In this document: positions 35,981 to 44,205 of the stretch, piece by piece
How positions within the stretch are numbered: the stretch's first letter is position 1
Layout of the letters: each line of letters opens with the position of its first letter
IMG/VR virus record: IMGVR_UViG_3300044769_000038
Strand: one strand, 5' to 3'
Source: a virus
DNA: 47,126 nt
Notes under the pieces: generated by a model
Databases searched by the model: none
What the model saw: only the letters and a program-made list of their open reading frames with translations
What the model was told of the DNA's origin: nothing
Position numbers and translations under genes: made by a program

Positions 35981-36161
35981 TGAACTTTCTCCACACCTTC
36001 TGAGCGAATGTTACAGCGTCACCAGCCCTCTCGAACTTCTCGATGTCCTTCGAGAGTATAACCCCGTCCTCCCCCGGCTCGTAGACCTCGACGCGCACAA
36101 CGTATGGCTTGTCATTCACGCCGATGAAGCGTGGGGATGAGTGTGACTTGGCATTAGCCAT
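35970..36161 (-). CDS. Hypothetical small protein
   Basis: The start was moved to the ATG at 36161 (MANAKSH...). 8-nt overlap with the upstream stop. Confidence 0.45.
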   Translation of the reverse strand: MANAKSHSSPRFIGVNDKPYVVRVEVYEPGEDGVILSKDIEKFERAGDAVTFAQKVWRKFSVK

Positions 36162-36375
36162 CGTCATCCTCCACATCCTCAACGACAAGCCCCGGAAAGA
36201 CAGTGACGTAGAACTCTCGAAAGAGAATCTTCTCACTGTCCGTCCGTGACTTGACGTAGACCTTACCGTAGAGGATGGCATGAAACACCCACTCGTCTCC
36301 GCGGAAGTCCTTGATCATGTTCCCCTCAATCAAGGGCTTCCCGTAGTATGTTACCGTGACTTCCTTGGGGAACAT
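36154..36375 (-). CDS. Hypothetical small protein
   Basis: The start was moved to the ATG at 36375 (MFPKEVTVTYYGKP...), 1 nt after the upstream stop. The Arg-rich N-terminal extension in the ORF track looks out of frame. Confidence 0.5.
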   Translation of the reverse strand: MFPKEVTVTYYGKPLIEGNMIKDFRGDEWVFHAILYGKVYVKSRTDSEKILFREFYVTVFPGLVVEDVEDDDG

Positions 36376-36376
36376 G

Positions 36377-36799
36377 CTATCCGTTGAACCCGATGAGGTC
36401 GGAGTCCTTGAATCCCGAGAACGAATACATCGTCTCGTCCTCGACCCAGATGCCCATGATGCATCCCTCGTCAACCACCCACCGAGCGAAGACCTTGGGG
36501 TCTTCCTTGGGGCCGTAGTGCTTGCCGCTGAACACGGAGTTGTCCGCCGTGCGCTTCCCGACGATGTGATAGGGGCGCGCACCGGGGCCAGCACTGACCT
36601 CAATCGTCTGCTCAGTGTCAGACACGTCGGTGATGATGGCTTCCGACGTTTCCTGGACACCCTCGATCCCGAGAAACGTGAGCGTGTAGACCTTCTTTTC
36701 CTTCAACATCATATCTCCTCTGTATGCCTGTCGAAACAGGTCGAGGTCGCAGACAGTGATGTGATTACCACGGGCTTCGACCAAGACCCATTCCGCCAT
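36377..36799 (-). CDS. Hypothetical protein
   Basis: 140-aa ORF with balanced composition, tightly packed between its neighbours. Confidence 0.5.
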   Translation of the reverse strand: MAEWVLVEARGNHITVCDLDLFRQAYRGDMMLKEKKVYTLTFLGIEGVQETSEAIITDVSDTEQTIEVSAGPGARPYHIVGKRTADNSVFSGKHYGPKEDPKVFARWVVDEGCIMGIWVEDETMYSFSGFKDSDLIGFNG

Positions 36800-36924
36800 T
36801 ATGATTCCCTCTTCTCCTCAGTCGGAGACTTCAGCTCAGCATAGGCCCGCTTGCCACAGCACTTCGAGCAGTAGCGATGTTCGTCGTTCATCTTGACACG
36901 ACAGAACTTGCACATCCAATACAT
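36799..36924 (-). CDS. Small zinc-ribbon protein (41 aa)
   Basis: The start was moved to the ATG at 36924 (MYWMCKFCRVKMNDEHRYCSKCCG), which overlaps the upstream stop by 1 nt. Confidence 0.4.
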   Translation of the reverse strand: MYWMCKFCRVKMNDEHRYCSKCCGKRAYAELKSPTEEKRES

Positions 36925-37268
36925 TACTGGTGCTTCGCCGCTTCCCGCTCCATCATTCCCCGGAATCCCCTGCCCTCTTTCCACGCGTCCACCACCTTCT
37001 CGCTACCGAAGCATCCGATGGGAGCGTGGTTGTGGAGGAACTTCACGTAGTCCACGATCGCGCTCTGGTTGTAGTCGTCGCCCCTCGCCACTGCTTTCAA
37101 CAGGTCATTGCTCAGAATAGCCTGCAGAAAACTCCCGGTGGCGCGTCCGTCGAGGATGTAAGCCACGAGGCCTTCGTGCATGTAGTCGGGGATGCTGTAG
37201 TTGCACAACCGAGCCTCGAGATTCTCCTGATACTTCTGAAACTCCTCGGCACTCCACACTTTGCTCAT
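36924..37268 (-). CDS. Hypothetical protein
   Basis: The ATG at 37268 is preceded by AAGGAGCAGAC. A longer GTG-initiated form reaching 37379 is possible. Confidence 0.5.
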   Translation of the reverse strand: MSKVWSAEEFQKYQENLEARLCNYSIPDYMHEGLVAYILDGRATGSFLQAILSNDLLKAVARGDDYNQSAIVDYVKFLHNHAPIGCFGSEKVVDAWKEGRGFRGMMEREAAKHQ

Positions 37269-37502
37269 GTCTGCTCCTTGATAAGCTGCTGGTTTATCTC
37301 TCGCGAAACCAGCAAAGACGGTGTGTTCCTCCACGTCCCAGTCCCGTATCTCACACACAACGGTAGGGTAAAGGGGCACTCATGAAAGTCCTTACTCTCC
37401 TGTCCTTATCATGAGGTAGAGACTCGAGAGAATCTCCATGCCGTATCCCCGAGAGTTGACAACCCTCGGACGCTCTGAGCTTAGCTACCTATTTATAGTG
37501 GC

Positions 37503-37700
37503 TCAGTCCACTCCCTGAATCGACAGGACATCCGTCTCGACGAACACGTCGAACGTGTCGGCTGCCCAAATCTCCAGGTCATCCGTCGATTCGCGAGGCA
37601 TGGTGGCATGGGCCTCGACGAAGATGAAGCCGTTCTCCGCCCTGAGTATCACGTTGCCCCAATACTCATGCGTCCAGTATGGGGTCTTAATTTTAATCAT
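37503..37700 (-). CDS. Hypothetical small protein
   Basis: The start was moved to the ATG at 37700 (MIKIKTPYW...). 8-nt overlap with the upstream stop. Confidence 0.45.
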   Translation of the reverse strand: MIKIKTPYWTHEYWGNVILRAENGFIFVEAHATMPRESTDDLEIWAADTFDVFVETDVLSIQGVD

Positions 37701-37977
37701 CGGCCATGTCCTCAAACGCCTTCGCCGTGACCTCGAACTCCTGAGGAGTCATCCCGGTCTGCAAGAACTCCCTCTCGTCAGGGCTGAGAAAGTGGAATGC
37801 GTCCTGCACGAACATCCCCTTATGCTCCCAGTTATACCAGCCCTGATTCATCTCCTGAATGGGAGATGCAACGATGATCTTCTTCGTGCCGCTCTTCAGT
37901 CTTAGCTCGATGCAGGTTCCCCCACTGGGGCTTGGCTCCAGCACGAACGTCAGCCCATGTCGATTGCTTCTGACCAT
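37693..37977 (-). CDS. Hypothetical protein
   Basis: 94 aa. AAGGAGTAGAC lies directly upstream of the ATG. Confidence 0.5.
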   Translation of the reverse strand: MVRSNRHGLTFVLEPSPSGGTCIELRLKSGTKKIIVASPIQEMNQGWYNWEHKGMFVQDAFHFLSPDEREFLQTGMTPQEFEVTAKAFEDMADD

Positions 37978-37986
37978 GTCTACTCC

Positions 37987-38178
37987 TTAGATGTCCCAAC
38001 CCTGTTCACGCTTCGTGGCGCACGAGTCGCAGTAGCCATACTGTGGCTGAATGCTCACCATGCGCCCGCATCCCTGGCACTTCTTCCGCACGTTGGTAGC
38101 CTGCGTGCGACGGTAGTGTTCGAGATCGTCCTCGTCGTTGATCTCCCAGTGCCCGAAGTTGTCGTCGTAGTATTCCAT
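37987..38178 (-). CDS. Small zinc-ribbon protein
   Basis: CQGCGRMVSIQPQYGYCDSC. AAGGAGCAGAC lies directly upstream of the ATG. Confidence 0.5.
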   Translation of the reverse strand: MEYYDDNFGHWEINDEDDLEHYRRTQATNVRKKCQGCGRMVSIQPQYGYCDSCATKREQGWDI

Positions 38179-38245
38179 GTCTGCTCCTTTTTGTCAGTGG
38201 ATGAGCGGGCGCGCACCACTTCACATGATGCGCACCCTTGTTGAA

Positions 38246-39817
38246 CTACCGAACGATGTTGTCCCGACCCTTCGACCGGATGATGTTATACAGCTCCTTC
38301 GCGAGTGACTGCTCCATCCAGGGAACCGTCTTGCCGTCGAGCGTCTGGTTCATAATGGAACGCTTCTGTTCGACGAGCTGCGTCAGCCACTCATCCATAG
38401 TGCCGATTGCGATGATGTAGGCTGCGCTGATCGAACCACCCTCGCTCCTCTTCAGAGTCGTGCCGGGACGCGGGAATCGAGCCTCGGCTTGTTCCTCGTT
38501 AGCGGGGTTCCACTGGCGCTCCCCGATAACGCAGTCGCTACAGAACTGAAGGTTGAGACCCTCACCGGCTGCGAGCGTTGATGCAATCAGGATGCGGCAG
38601 CCCGGATCGTTCCGGAACCGCTCGACGTTATTCGCTCGGGTCGTAACGTCCATGCTGCTGAGAATCTGAGCAGGCTCGCCATACCCACCGTTCTTCATGG
38701 TCTCGGACAGCTTCGCCATGAGCATCTGCTGCACCTTCTCGTGATGAAAGAAGATGGTCAGCTTGCGGTCCGTGCTGAGAAGGAACTCCTCAGCGTAGTC
38801 CACAATGGCTTGCGCCTTCGCGATGCCAATCACGTGCCTCATCTGGGAGAAGTATCCGAGGATGTTCGCGCTCCCCCAGTTCGGCTCCTCGTCAAGCCCG
38901 TCCATGTAGTTGAGGAACTCCGCGACGATGGCCTCGTATGACTTCTTCAGTCCCTCTTCCATCTCCACCTTGTGGAAGGTTCTGAAGATGGGCGGCAGGT
39001 CTGGCAGAACATCCTCACGTTTATACCTGATAATCCAGCCCTTGGTCTTGGCCTCGAACATCTCAGGGTATCGGAGGCCGTGCGCCTTGTAGCCGTCCCA
39101 CACCACATCTTCTCTCAGGAACTTGGCCTGTGAGGGGAACTGCTCAGGGTTGATGAAGTTCAAGATGGGGAAGTATTCACCGGCGTTGTTCTTGATGGGC
39201 GTTCCGCTCAGTCCGAGCCGATGCGGCACCTTGGAGAACATCTTCCTGATGGCCTTCGTCCGCTGTGAGGTGTCGTTCTTCATGAGCTGGCACTCGTCGA
39301 TGGTGACACTCTTGAATCGCGAGCAGATTTCCTCGCCCCAATTCAGGGCGCGCACCATGTCGATGGACACGATGAACACCTTGAAGTAATCGAAGTATGG
39401 CTTCTCTTTCGAGGAGTAGATGACCTGCGCTGGGAGTCCAGTCCACCTATAGGTCTCAGCCATCCACTGCAAGCGAAGGCCGCTCTTGACAATCTTCAGA
39501 GCCGGGAGCATCTCCTCTTTGTTCCGAAGCATGAGCGCCTGGTCGATGACCGTCTTGCCCAACCCCATCTCATGGGCGATGATGCCCTGGCCGCCAGCCT
39601 TCTCGACGAACTCAACCGTCTTGATCTGGAAGTCGAACAGCGCGCGTCCGTCCTCTGAGACAATCTCCGCAGCGTCAACCGGGGCCATGATGTCGCGGGT
39701 GATGGTGTGCCCGCATTCGAGCTCGATGCAGAGCACAGTCCCGAACTCACTCGTGGACTTCTGCACCGCCATTTTACCGCAGCTCGGACACTTTCTTCTA
39801 ACAATCGTGAATGCCAT
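38246..39817 (-). CDS. SNF2-family helicase/translocase with N-terminal zinc finger
   Basis: CPSCG ... CGH at the N-terminus, then GLGKT (motif I), DECQ (II), LSGTPIKNN (III), ASTLAAGEGLNLQ (V) and QAEARFPRPG (VI). Confidence 0.85.
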   Translation of the reverse strand: MAFTIVRRKCPSCGKMAVQKSTSEFGTVLCIELECGHTITRDIMAPVDAAEIVSEDGRALFDFQIKTVEFVEKAGGQGIIAHEMGLGKTVIDQALMLRNKEEMLPALKIVKSGLRLQWMAETYRWTGLPAQVIYSSKEKPYFDYFKVFIVSIDMVRALNWGEEICSRFKSVTIDECQLMKNDTSQRTKAIRKMFSKVPHRLGLSGTPIKNNAGEYFPILNFINPEQFPSQAKFLREDVVWDGYKAHGLRYPEMFEAKTKGWIIRYKREDVLPDLPPIFRTFHKVEMEEGLKKSYEAIVAEFLNYMDGLDEEPNWGSANILGYFSQMRHVIGIAKAQAIVDYAEEFLLSTDRKLTIFFHHEKVQQMLMAKLSETMKNGGYGEPAQILSSMDVTTRANNVERFRNDPGCRILIASTLAAGEGLNLQFCSDCVIGERQWNPANEEQAEARFPRPGTTLKRSEGGSISAAYIIAIGTMDEWLTQLVEQKRSIMNQTLDGKTVPWMEQSLAKELYNIIRSKGRDNIVR

Positions 39818-39822
39818 TGGCG

Positions 39823-40005
39823 TCAGCCTCTCTCAATTCCGTTATTCATGAGCAGGTCCGCGTATTCAAACGCAGCCCGAACCTTGTCTACCTTGAGACC
39901 CCCTGAGTCAATCATCTTGCTCAGGAGGTAAGTCGCGATGATGAGCCGTTGTTCCTCGCGCGTGAGGGCTTTGAGCGGCTCGCTAATTGTTCGTGTGCTG
40001 AACAC
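39823..40005 (-). CDS. Hypothetical small protein
   Basis: 60-aa ORF, closely packed. Confidence 0.4.
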   Translation of the reverse strand: MFSTRTISEPLKALTREEQRLIIATYLLSKMIDSGGLKVDKVRAAFEYADLLMNNGIERG

Positions 40006-40014
40006 TTTGCGCGC

Positions 40015-40701
40015 TCACTTTCCCGTCAGTTGGAACTGACTGATGATGGCCGTGAGGTTTTCGGGGACGGGTGAGCCGGAATCGGTCAACGTCTTGCGAA
40101 TCGTCGCCTCATCCATCTTCAGTCTGACGAGCTGTTTGATACCAGCTTCCATCTTCGTGAGTGCCTGCTTCTCAGCTCTGGCCGGTGATGCCGCAGACTT
40201 GGCCGCGCCCTTTTCTCGACGTGGGACGTAGAACGCTGAGTCAGCTTCCTTGAGCTTCTTCCGAACCTTCTCATCTTCGAGCTGAACCTTACCCTCATAC
40301 GTTATGCGGGCAGCCCACTTCTGGACTTTAATCATCTCGATCTTCTCATCCATTCCGTGGATGATCTTCTGGAGGTCTTCAGCCGTTAGGTCTTTCACCT
40401 GAGTGATGGTCCCGTTGAAGAGATCCTTGTATTTCTCGGTGAGCTGGTCGAGCGCCCGATGCTCTGGCATGATGGGCGAGATTCTGATCGGGGCTTCAAC
40501 TTCCTGATACGGAATCTCGGGACGCTGCGGGCTGAGAGGTTCCGGTCGATCCGGGGTCTTGTAAGTCGCGGGTGGCTTCTCGTCAGCTCGCGGCTTCGGG
40601 ATGATGTTCAGTTCTGAGGCTGGTGTGTCTGTGAAGCTAGGCTTCTTCGTCGGCTCTGACTCCCAGTTAAGGAAGTCGCTGAGCATGTCTTTCTCTGTCA
40701 T
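40015..40701 (-). CDS. Hypothetical protein
   Basis: 228 aa with a Pro-rich N-terminal third and a Lys/Glu-rich helical C-terminal part. Confidence 0.5.
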   Translation of the reverse strand: MTEKDMLSDFLNWESEPTKKPSFTDTPASELNIIPKPRADEKPPATYKTPDRPEPLSPQRPEIPYQEVEAPIRISPIMPEHRALDQLTEKYKDLFNGTITQVKDLTAEDLQKIIHGMDEKIEMIKVQKWAARITYEGKVQLEDEKVRKKLKEADSAFYVPRREKGAAKSAASPARAEKQALTKMEAGIKQLVRLKMDEATIRKTLTDSGSPVPENLTAIISQFQLTGK

Positions 40702-40726
40702 TCAAGTCTCCAATCAAGGTCTGTTA

Positions 40727-40918
40727 CTACTGGGAGTCGGCCAGGCGCGCACGCTCTTCGTGAAGCTCGATGCTCGTGAGGAGCACCGTCTTAACAGCGT
40801 GGGCCGTGGTGTCGAGGATGGATTTGTTCGAGATATCCGACTGGCACGTGGAGTCGCCAGTTGCGATAATCCTATCGCTGTAGTCTCTGAGCTCAACTCG
40901 GATGTAATACTTCTTCAT
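40727..40918 (-). CDS. Hypothetical small protein (first gene of the long minus-strand operon)
   Basis: GGAGAG SD upstream of the ATG. 63 aa. Confidence 0.45.
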   Translation of the reverse strand: MKKYYIRVELRDYSDRIIATGDSTCQSDISNKSILDTTAHAVKTVLLTSIELHEERARLADSQ

Positions 40919-41454
40919 TCTTCTCTCCTGTCAAGGATTGTCATTAGGCGGTCGGTGAACCACTCTCAGCAAGAGTAGCTCACCCACCGCCTGTGTGCAT
41001 GGGGAGTCTTAGTTAGGATGAAATCTTGATACTAAAGACCCCGGCGCGCACACCGTTCCGTTGGGTGCTGAGCAGATTGAATCTCTCAGCCGTTTCTCAT
41101 TACCATGTCTCGATTACCAACTTCATACCGGGGACTATTCTATTCGGGCCTGCTTTTGGGCAGGGCGCCCGACGTTGCATCGGGCGGCGCGCACGAGTTA
41201 GCTTGAGTCCTTTTGGGAGTCAGTAGCAGAACATGAGAGACCTTTTGAGTCTCGTGAGTTATTCAGTTTGGTAAGAACTTTCGAGTGGCGCCAAGTCCTG
41301 AGGAGAGGCGCCGACCCGTCGGCCCGGCACGAAGCCCGCCATACGTAGTATACCACACTTGTCAAGTGGTCCCGTAACCCCTTTAGAATCAACAGGTTAG
41401 CCCGCTTTGGGTTGCAAAGTAGCCCTTTTCGGGGGAACGCCCTATGTTCGTCGA

Positions 41455-42135
41455 TAGGCTCAAACTATATGATTATTCATTATAAATGTATAAGATTCTA
41501 TAGAAATGCCTCTTATATTCCCCGCGAAGCGGGCGACCTGCGAATGGCATGCCATGTATAAAAAAGTGTTCACCATACATGGGAGTGCATAAAACACTTA
41601 TGACCGGGAGTGCTCGGCAATATCTGTGCCTGGAAAAACTGCTAGAAATCTCATAGAAACTTCTTTCATACTACATAGAAAACATATTGAAACTGCGTTC
41701 ATTTGCAGCGTTTTTATGGGCTAAACCCTTATGGATCAATGAGTTACGGGAAATGGGGGTGGGGGGGTAGTATCGAAAAGCCGGTCCTATGGTGCCCGTT
41801 TTATGCAGGAAAATATGCATTTTTATGCTTTGCGTTTTTGTTTCGCTTTTTCTTTTTTTTTATATTTTTTTATATAATATAATGAATAAGAACATTATAA
41901 ATTACCATAATGTAATCCTGATGATCCAAAAAACCGTATGTGTCACCAAAAGTGGTCAAACCGACCTCGAATTATAAGTGGGGGAGTCCCCCATACGCAA
42001 GCAAATTATGCCGTAAGTCCTTTAGGATCAATCACTTGCAGCGATCCCAATATGGTAAACCTATAGGGTTTTAAGGTGTATCCTACGTTGTTTCTATGCG
42101 ATTCCTACGTAATAATGCAGCGTAAAATAATGGGC
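41455..42135. other. AT-rich non-coding core with iteron-like repeats (candidate replication origin / regulatory hub)
   Basis: Nt 41821-41940 are about 22% G+C by my count, against about 60% in coding DNA. CATAGAAAC occurs at 41652, 41674 and, inverted, at 42090. TGCAGCG...ATGGGC[TA]AA[AG]CC occurs at 41704 and 42116. TTA[GT]G[GA]ATCAA occurs at 41383, 41731 and 42023. T-tracts span 41845-41875. Confidence 0.45.
41971..42000 (-). promoter_or_regulatory. Candidate sigma70-type promoter (TTGCGT-18-TATAAT) pointing leftward
   Basis: Perfect TATAAT (complement of 41971-41976) with a weak -35. The spacer contains the palindrome GGGGGACTCCCCC. Confidence 0.3.
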
Positions 42136-42567
42136 ATAAGCCATGCCAGGCAGGAATTAATTGTTCGTTGGTGATAGAACAATTCGGGCGCGCGTGCGCC
42201 CCTGAGTTCCATAGTAGGGGGTCCAAATTGTTCAGAGGGCATTATAAACTGTTCTAAGGGCAGTCAGGGCAAACGCGCACCGCGCAGGCTCCGCGCCAAA
42301 AACCGGCTTGTCAGTGGAAGATCCTGACGAAAACGGAGGATTATAGTGGGGGAGCGCAGCGAAAACAAGTGTTCGCGGCACGAACACTTTAAGCGTCAGT
42401 CGAATCGGTGTGTGTTATGGGGAGCTCGAACGCTCAGACGGAGGGATTTGACGGTTGAACGCGCCAGCGTTCAAACATCTCTCAAGTATTTGGTTTGTCA
42501 GGGGTGACGACGGAGGGCGACGGAGGGAATGACGGAGGGAGCGCGCCCCAGGTCCAGGCGCAGAGAC

Positions 42568-42599
42568 AAAAAAAGGGCCACCCTCAGAGAGGGCAGCCC
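42568..42599 (-). terminator. Rho-independent terminator after the two leftward early genes
   Basis: The minus strand reads GGGCTGCCCTCTCTGAGGGTGGCCC followed by TTTTTTT. Confidence 0.7.
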
Positions 42600-42679
42600 A
42601 GTCGGTTAGCGTTTGTCGTCGGTTCGGCAGTTGTCGGCCAGAACCCAAACGATCATGATGAGAGTGATCAGGGTGAACA

Positions 42680-42913
42680 CTAGAGATCCTCGCCGTGCCG
42701 TTCGACCGTGTGAACGTCGGCCAGAATCTCGCGCTGGCACATCTTCTCGGTCCAGAAAACCATAGGCCGAGCGTGCCAGCCCTTCAGGTTGTGGAGCCGA
42801 GCGTAGGTATTGGCGTCGGGCCGAGTCTCGAAAACGCCGTGTAGGCGCGTTCCAGTTTCGGCAGTAATTGTCAGGAGAACGTGAACGATCTTCACAGTGT
42901 AAACCTCAGTCAA
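42680..42913 (-). CDS. Hypothetical early protein
   Basis: 77-aa ORF with a TTG start. A GTG at 42895 with GAGG upstream is an alternative start. A terminator follows. Confidence 0.45.
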   Translation of the reverse strand: MTEVYTVKIVHVLLTITAETGTRLHGVFETRPDANTYARLHNLKGWHARPMVFWTEKMCQREILADVHTVERHGEDL

Positions 42914-42922
42914 GAGAAGTGG

Positions 42923-42955
42923 ATACCGGCTCCCCGTTCATAGGGGAGCCGGTAT
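42923..42955. promoter_or_regulatory. Perfect 13-bp-stem palindrome carrying the ACCGGCTCC motif
   Basis: ATACCGGCTCCCC-GTTCATA-GGGGAGCCGGTAT, located between the two early genes. Confidence 0.5.
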
Positions 42956-42988
42956 GGTAGGACCGGAACGTGGGTTCCGGCTCCGTGG

Positions 42989-43489
42989 TTATTCGGTCGG
43001 TGGGTTGTCCGCGATGATCTTCCGGGCCTTTGCCTCGGTCATCCCCGGGATCCCCATCAGGCCCTTGATGGCCCGCTCGATTGCCTTTTCCGGGCCTTCG
43101 AGCTTCTGGAGCAGCGGGTTGCGAACTTCACCGCGAGCGGTCAAGTCGAACCCGTAATTGAAGCGGGTCAGCACTCCGGCGCCGTCGTCGGTCGCCTTCA
43201 TGCGGTTGTCCATCAGGAAAAGCGCAGCCTGTGGAGTTTCCGCTTCCAGTCGGACGTAAGACGTGATCGCCGTCTTTTCCGACTTTTTGCCGTTTCCGTC
43301 TTCCACTTTCGCGGAAGCAGTCACCGATCCGACCGACGCCGTGAGACCGCCTTCGGTCACCAGAGGACGGAACTTCTCGGGGACGTTCTCCCAAAGCGGA
43401 GAATCCGGGGTGATGGCCGTCTTATCGGCGACCAGTTCTCCCGCTGCGTCTTTCCAGCGGAAATCGAAGTCGAATTTCTTCTCGCTCAT
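42989..43489 (-). CDS. Hypothetical early protein (first leftward gene)
   Basis: 166 aa. GAGG lies 5 nt upstream of the ATG. Downstream of the candidate leftward promoter. Confidence 0.55.
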   Translation of the reverse strand: MSEKKFDFDFRWKDAAGELVADKTAITPDSPLWENVPEKFRPLVTEGGLTASVGSVTASAKVEDGNGKKSEKTAITSYVRLEAETPQAALFLMDNRMKATDDGAGVLTRFNYGFDLTARGEVRNPLLQKLEGPEKAIERAIKGLMGIPGMTEAKARKIIADNPPTE

Positions 43490-43567
43490 ACTACCTCTTC
43501 AGTTGTCAAAGAACGCCGGGAGTCGGTCCCGACCGCCGGTCGCGCGTTTCATTCGCCCGACTTGATT

Positions 43568-43596
43568 AGTATGGGGCCAGTGGGCGGGGGAGTCAA
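43568..43596 (-). promoter_or_regulatory. Candidate leftward sigma70-type promoter (TTGACT-17-CATACT)
   Basis: The minus strand reads TTGACTcccccgcccactggcccCATACT, about 70 nt upstream of the ATG at 43489. Confidence 0.5.
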
Positions 43597-43633
43597 GCAC
43601 TATTTGCAGGTTCCGCGAAAAAACTTCCGACGG

Positions 43634-43693
43634 CATACCGGCTCCGTCCGATAGGACCGGCTCCCCTACTGATGACCGGCTCCCGCCCTATAG
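43634..43693. repeat. Three tandem ~20-bp units [AG]ACCGGCTCC-N(5-7)-(A)TAGG
   Basis: ATACCGGCTCCGTCCGATAGG / GACCGGCTCCCCTACTGATG / GACCGGCTCCCGCCCTATAGG. The same motif forms the hairpin at 42923 and recurs at 42975. Confidence 0.7.
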
Positions 43694-43717
43694 GATGCCA
43701 AACGCCGACCAGGGCGG

Positions 43718-43737
43718 ACTGTATACAAGCTGTATAC
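43718..43737. repeat. Two CTGTATACA boxes 11 bp apart (palindromic TGTATACA core)
   Basis: CTGTATACAagCTGTATACA, read directly from the sequence. Confidence 0.6.
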
Positions 43738-43791
43738 ACCGAGGCGAAGCCAGAGCGAAAATTGACCGCCCTGCGACTGTAGGTCGCTGGC

Positions 43792-43805
43792 CTATGCCTA
43801 GGCAT
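43792..43805. repeat. Perfect 14-bp palindrome TATGCCTAGGCATA
   Basis: Self-complementary as read. It is flanked by the GCGAC-TGTAG-GTCGC palindrome (43772-43786) and the GGAAGCCGGAAGCC tandem. Confidence 0.6.
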
Positions 43806-43892
43806 ACCCGGAAGCCGGAAGCCTCTTATAAGGCATCCTGACGCGTTCTAGACGGTGTGCGATACTGGGATTTATCTACAGTTAGCCTGTGG

Positions 43893-44050
43893 AAATATAC
43901 TCTAAGTGGAGTATGGTATGAACTCATACTGTGGAGGAGTATCCTGTCGGGGGAGTATATACAGAGGGGGAGTATATACCCCCTCCCAGTATAGGGCACC
44001 CCATACTCATACCCCCTACCAGTATCAGCGGGTCCCATACTATACTCCAG
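43893..44050. repeat. Periodic (~16-17 bp) array of GGAGTAT / ATACTCC motifs
   Basis: GGAGTAT occurs at 43908, 43936, 43952 and 43969. Related CAGTAT/CATACT/ATACTCC motifs occur at about 43987, 44003, 44019, 44035 and 44042. The array includes the near-palindrome GGGGGAGTATATACCCCC. Confidence 0.7.
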
Positions 44051-44205
44051 GGGGGTGGCAGCCAATACCGACCCGCCTGTCCAAAAACGAAAATGGGTCC
44101 CCTATCAAGAGGCATCCATATACCAGGACGTAAAGACAGAACCAAACTCGATACGGCAGAGAACTGTTCACAGCATGAACATTAATTTCCTTAGCAAAAC
44201 CGGGC

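Noticed and set aside
41026-41392. Small ORFs 41026..41226 (+) and 41198..41392 (-) in the GC-rich structured segment
   Set aside because: They have no SD, Arg/Ser-rich composition, and overlap stable hairpins. The region is more likely a leader, ncRNA or regulatory DNA.
41789-41977. 62-aa hydrophobic ORF in the AT-rich core
   Set aside because: Its hydrophobicity comes from T-tracts (poly-Phe/Leu). There is no SD, and it overlaps the likely unwinding and promoter elements.
43718-43737. LexA/SOS box resemblance of CTGTATACA..CTGTATACA
   Set aside because: It does not fit CTGT-N8-ACAG. The second half-site is a direct repeat rather than an inverted ACAG.
43936-44050. Possible mini-CRISPR array, given the regular repeat spacing
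   Set aside because: The units are only about 16-17 bp in total, so there is no room for repeat plus spacer. The motifs are degenerate and occur in both orientations, and no cas genes are present.
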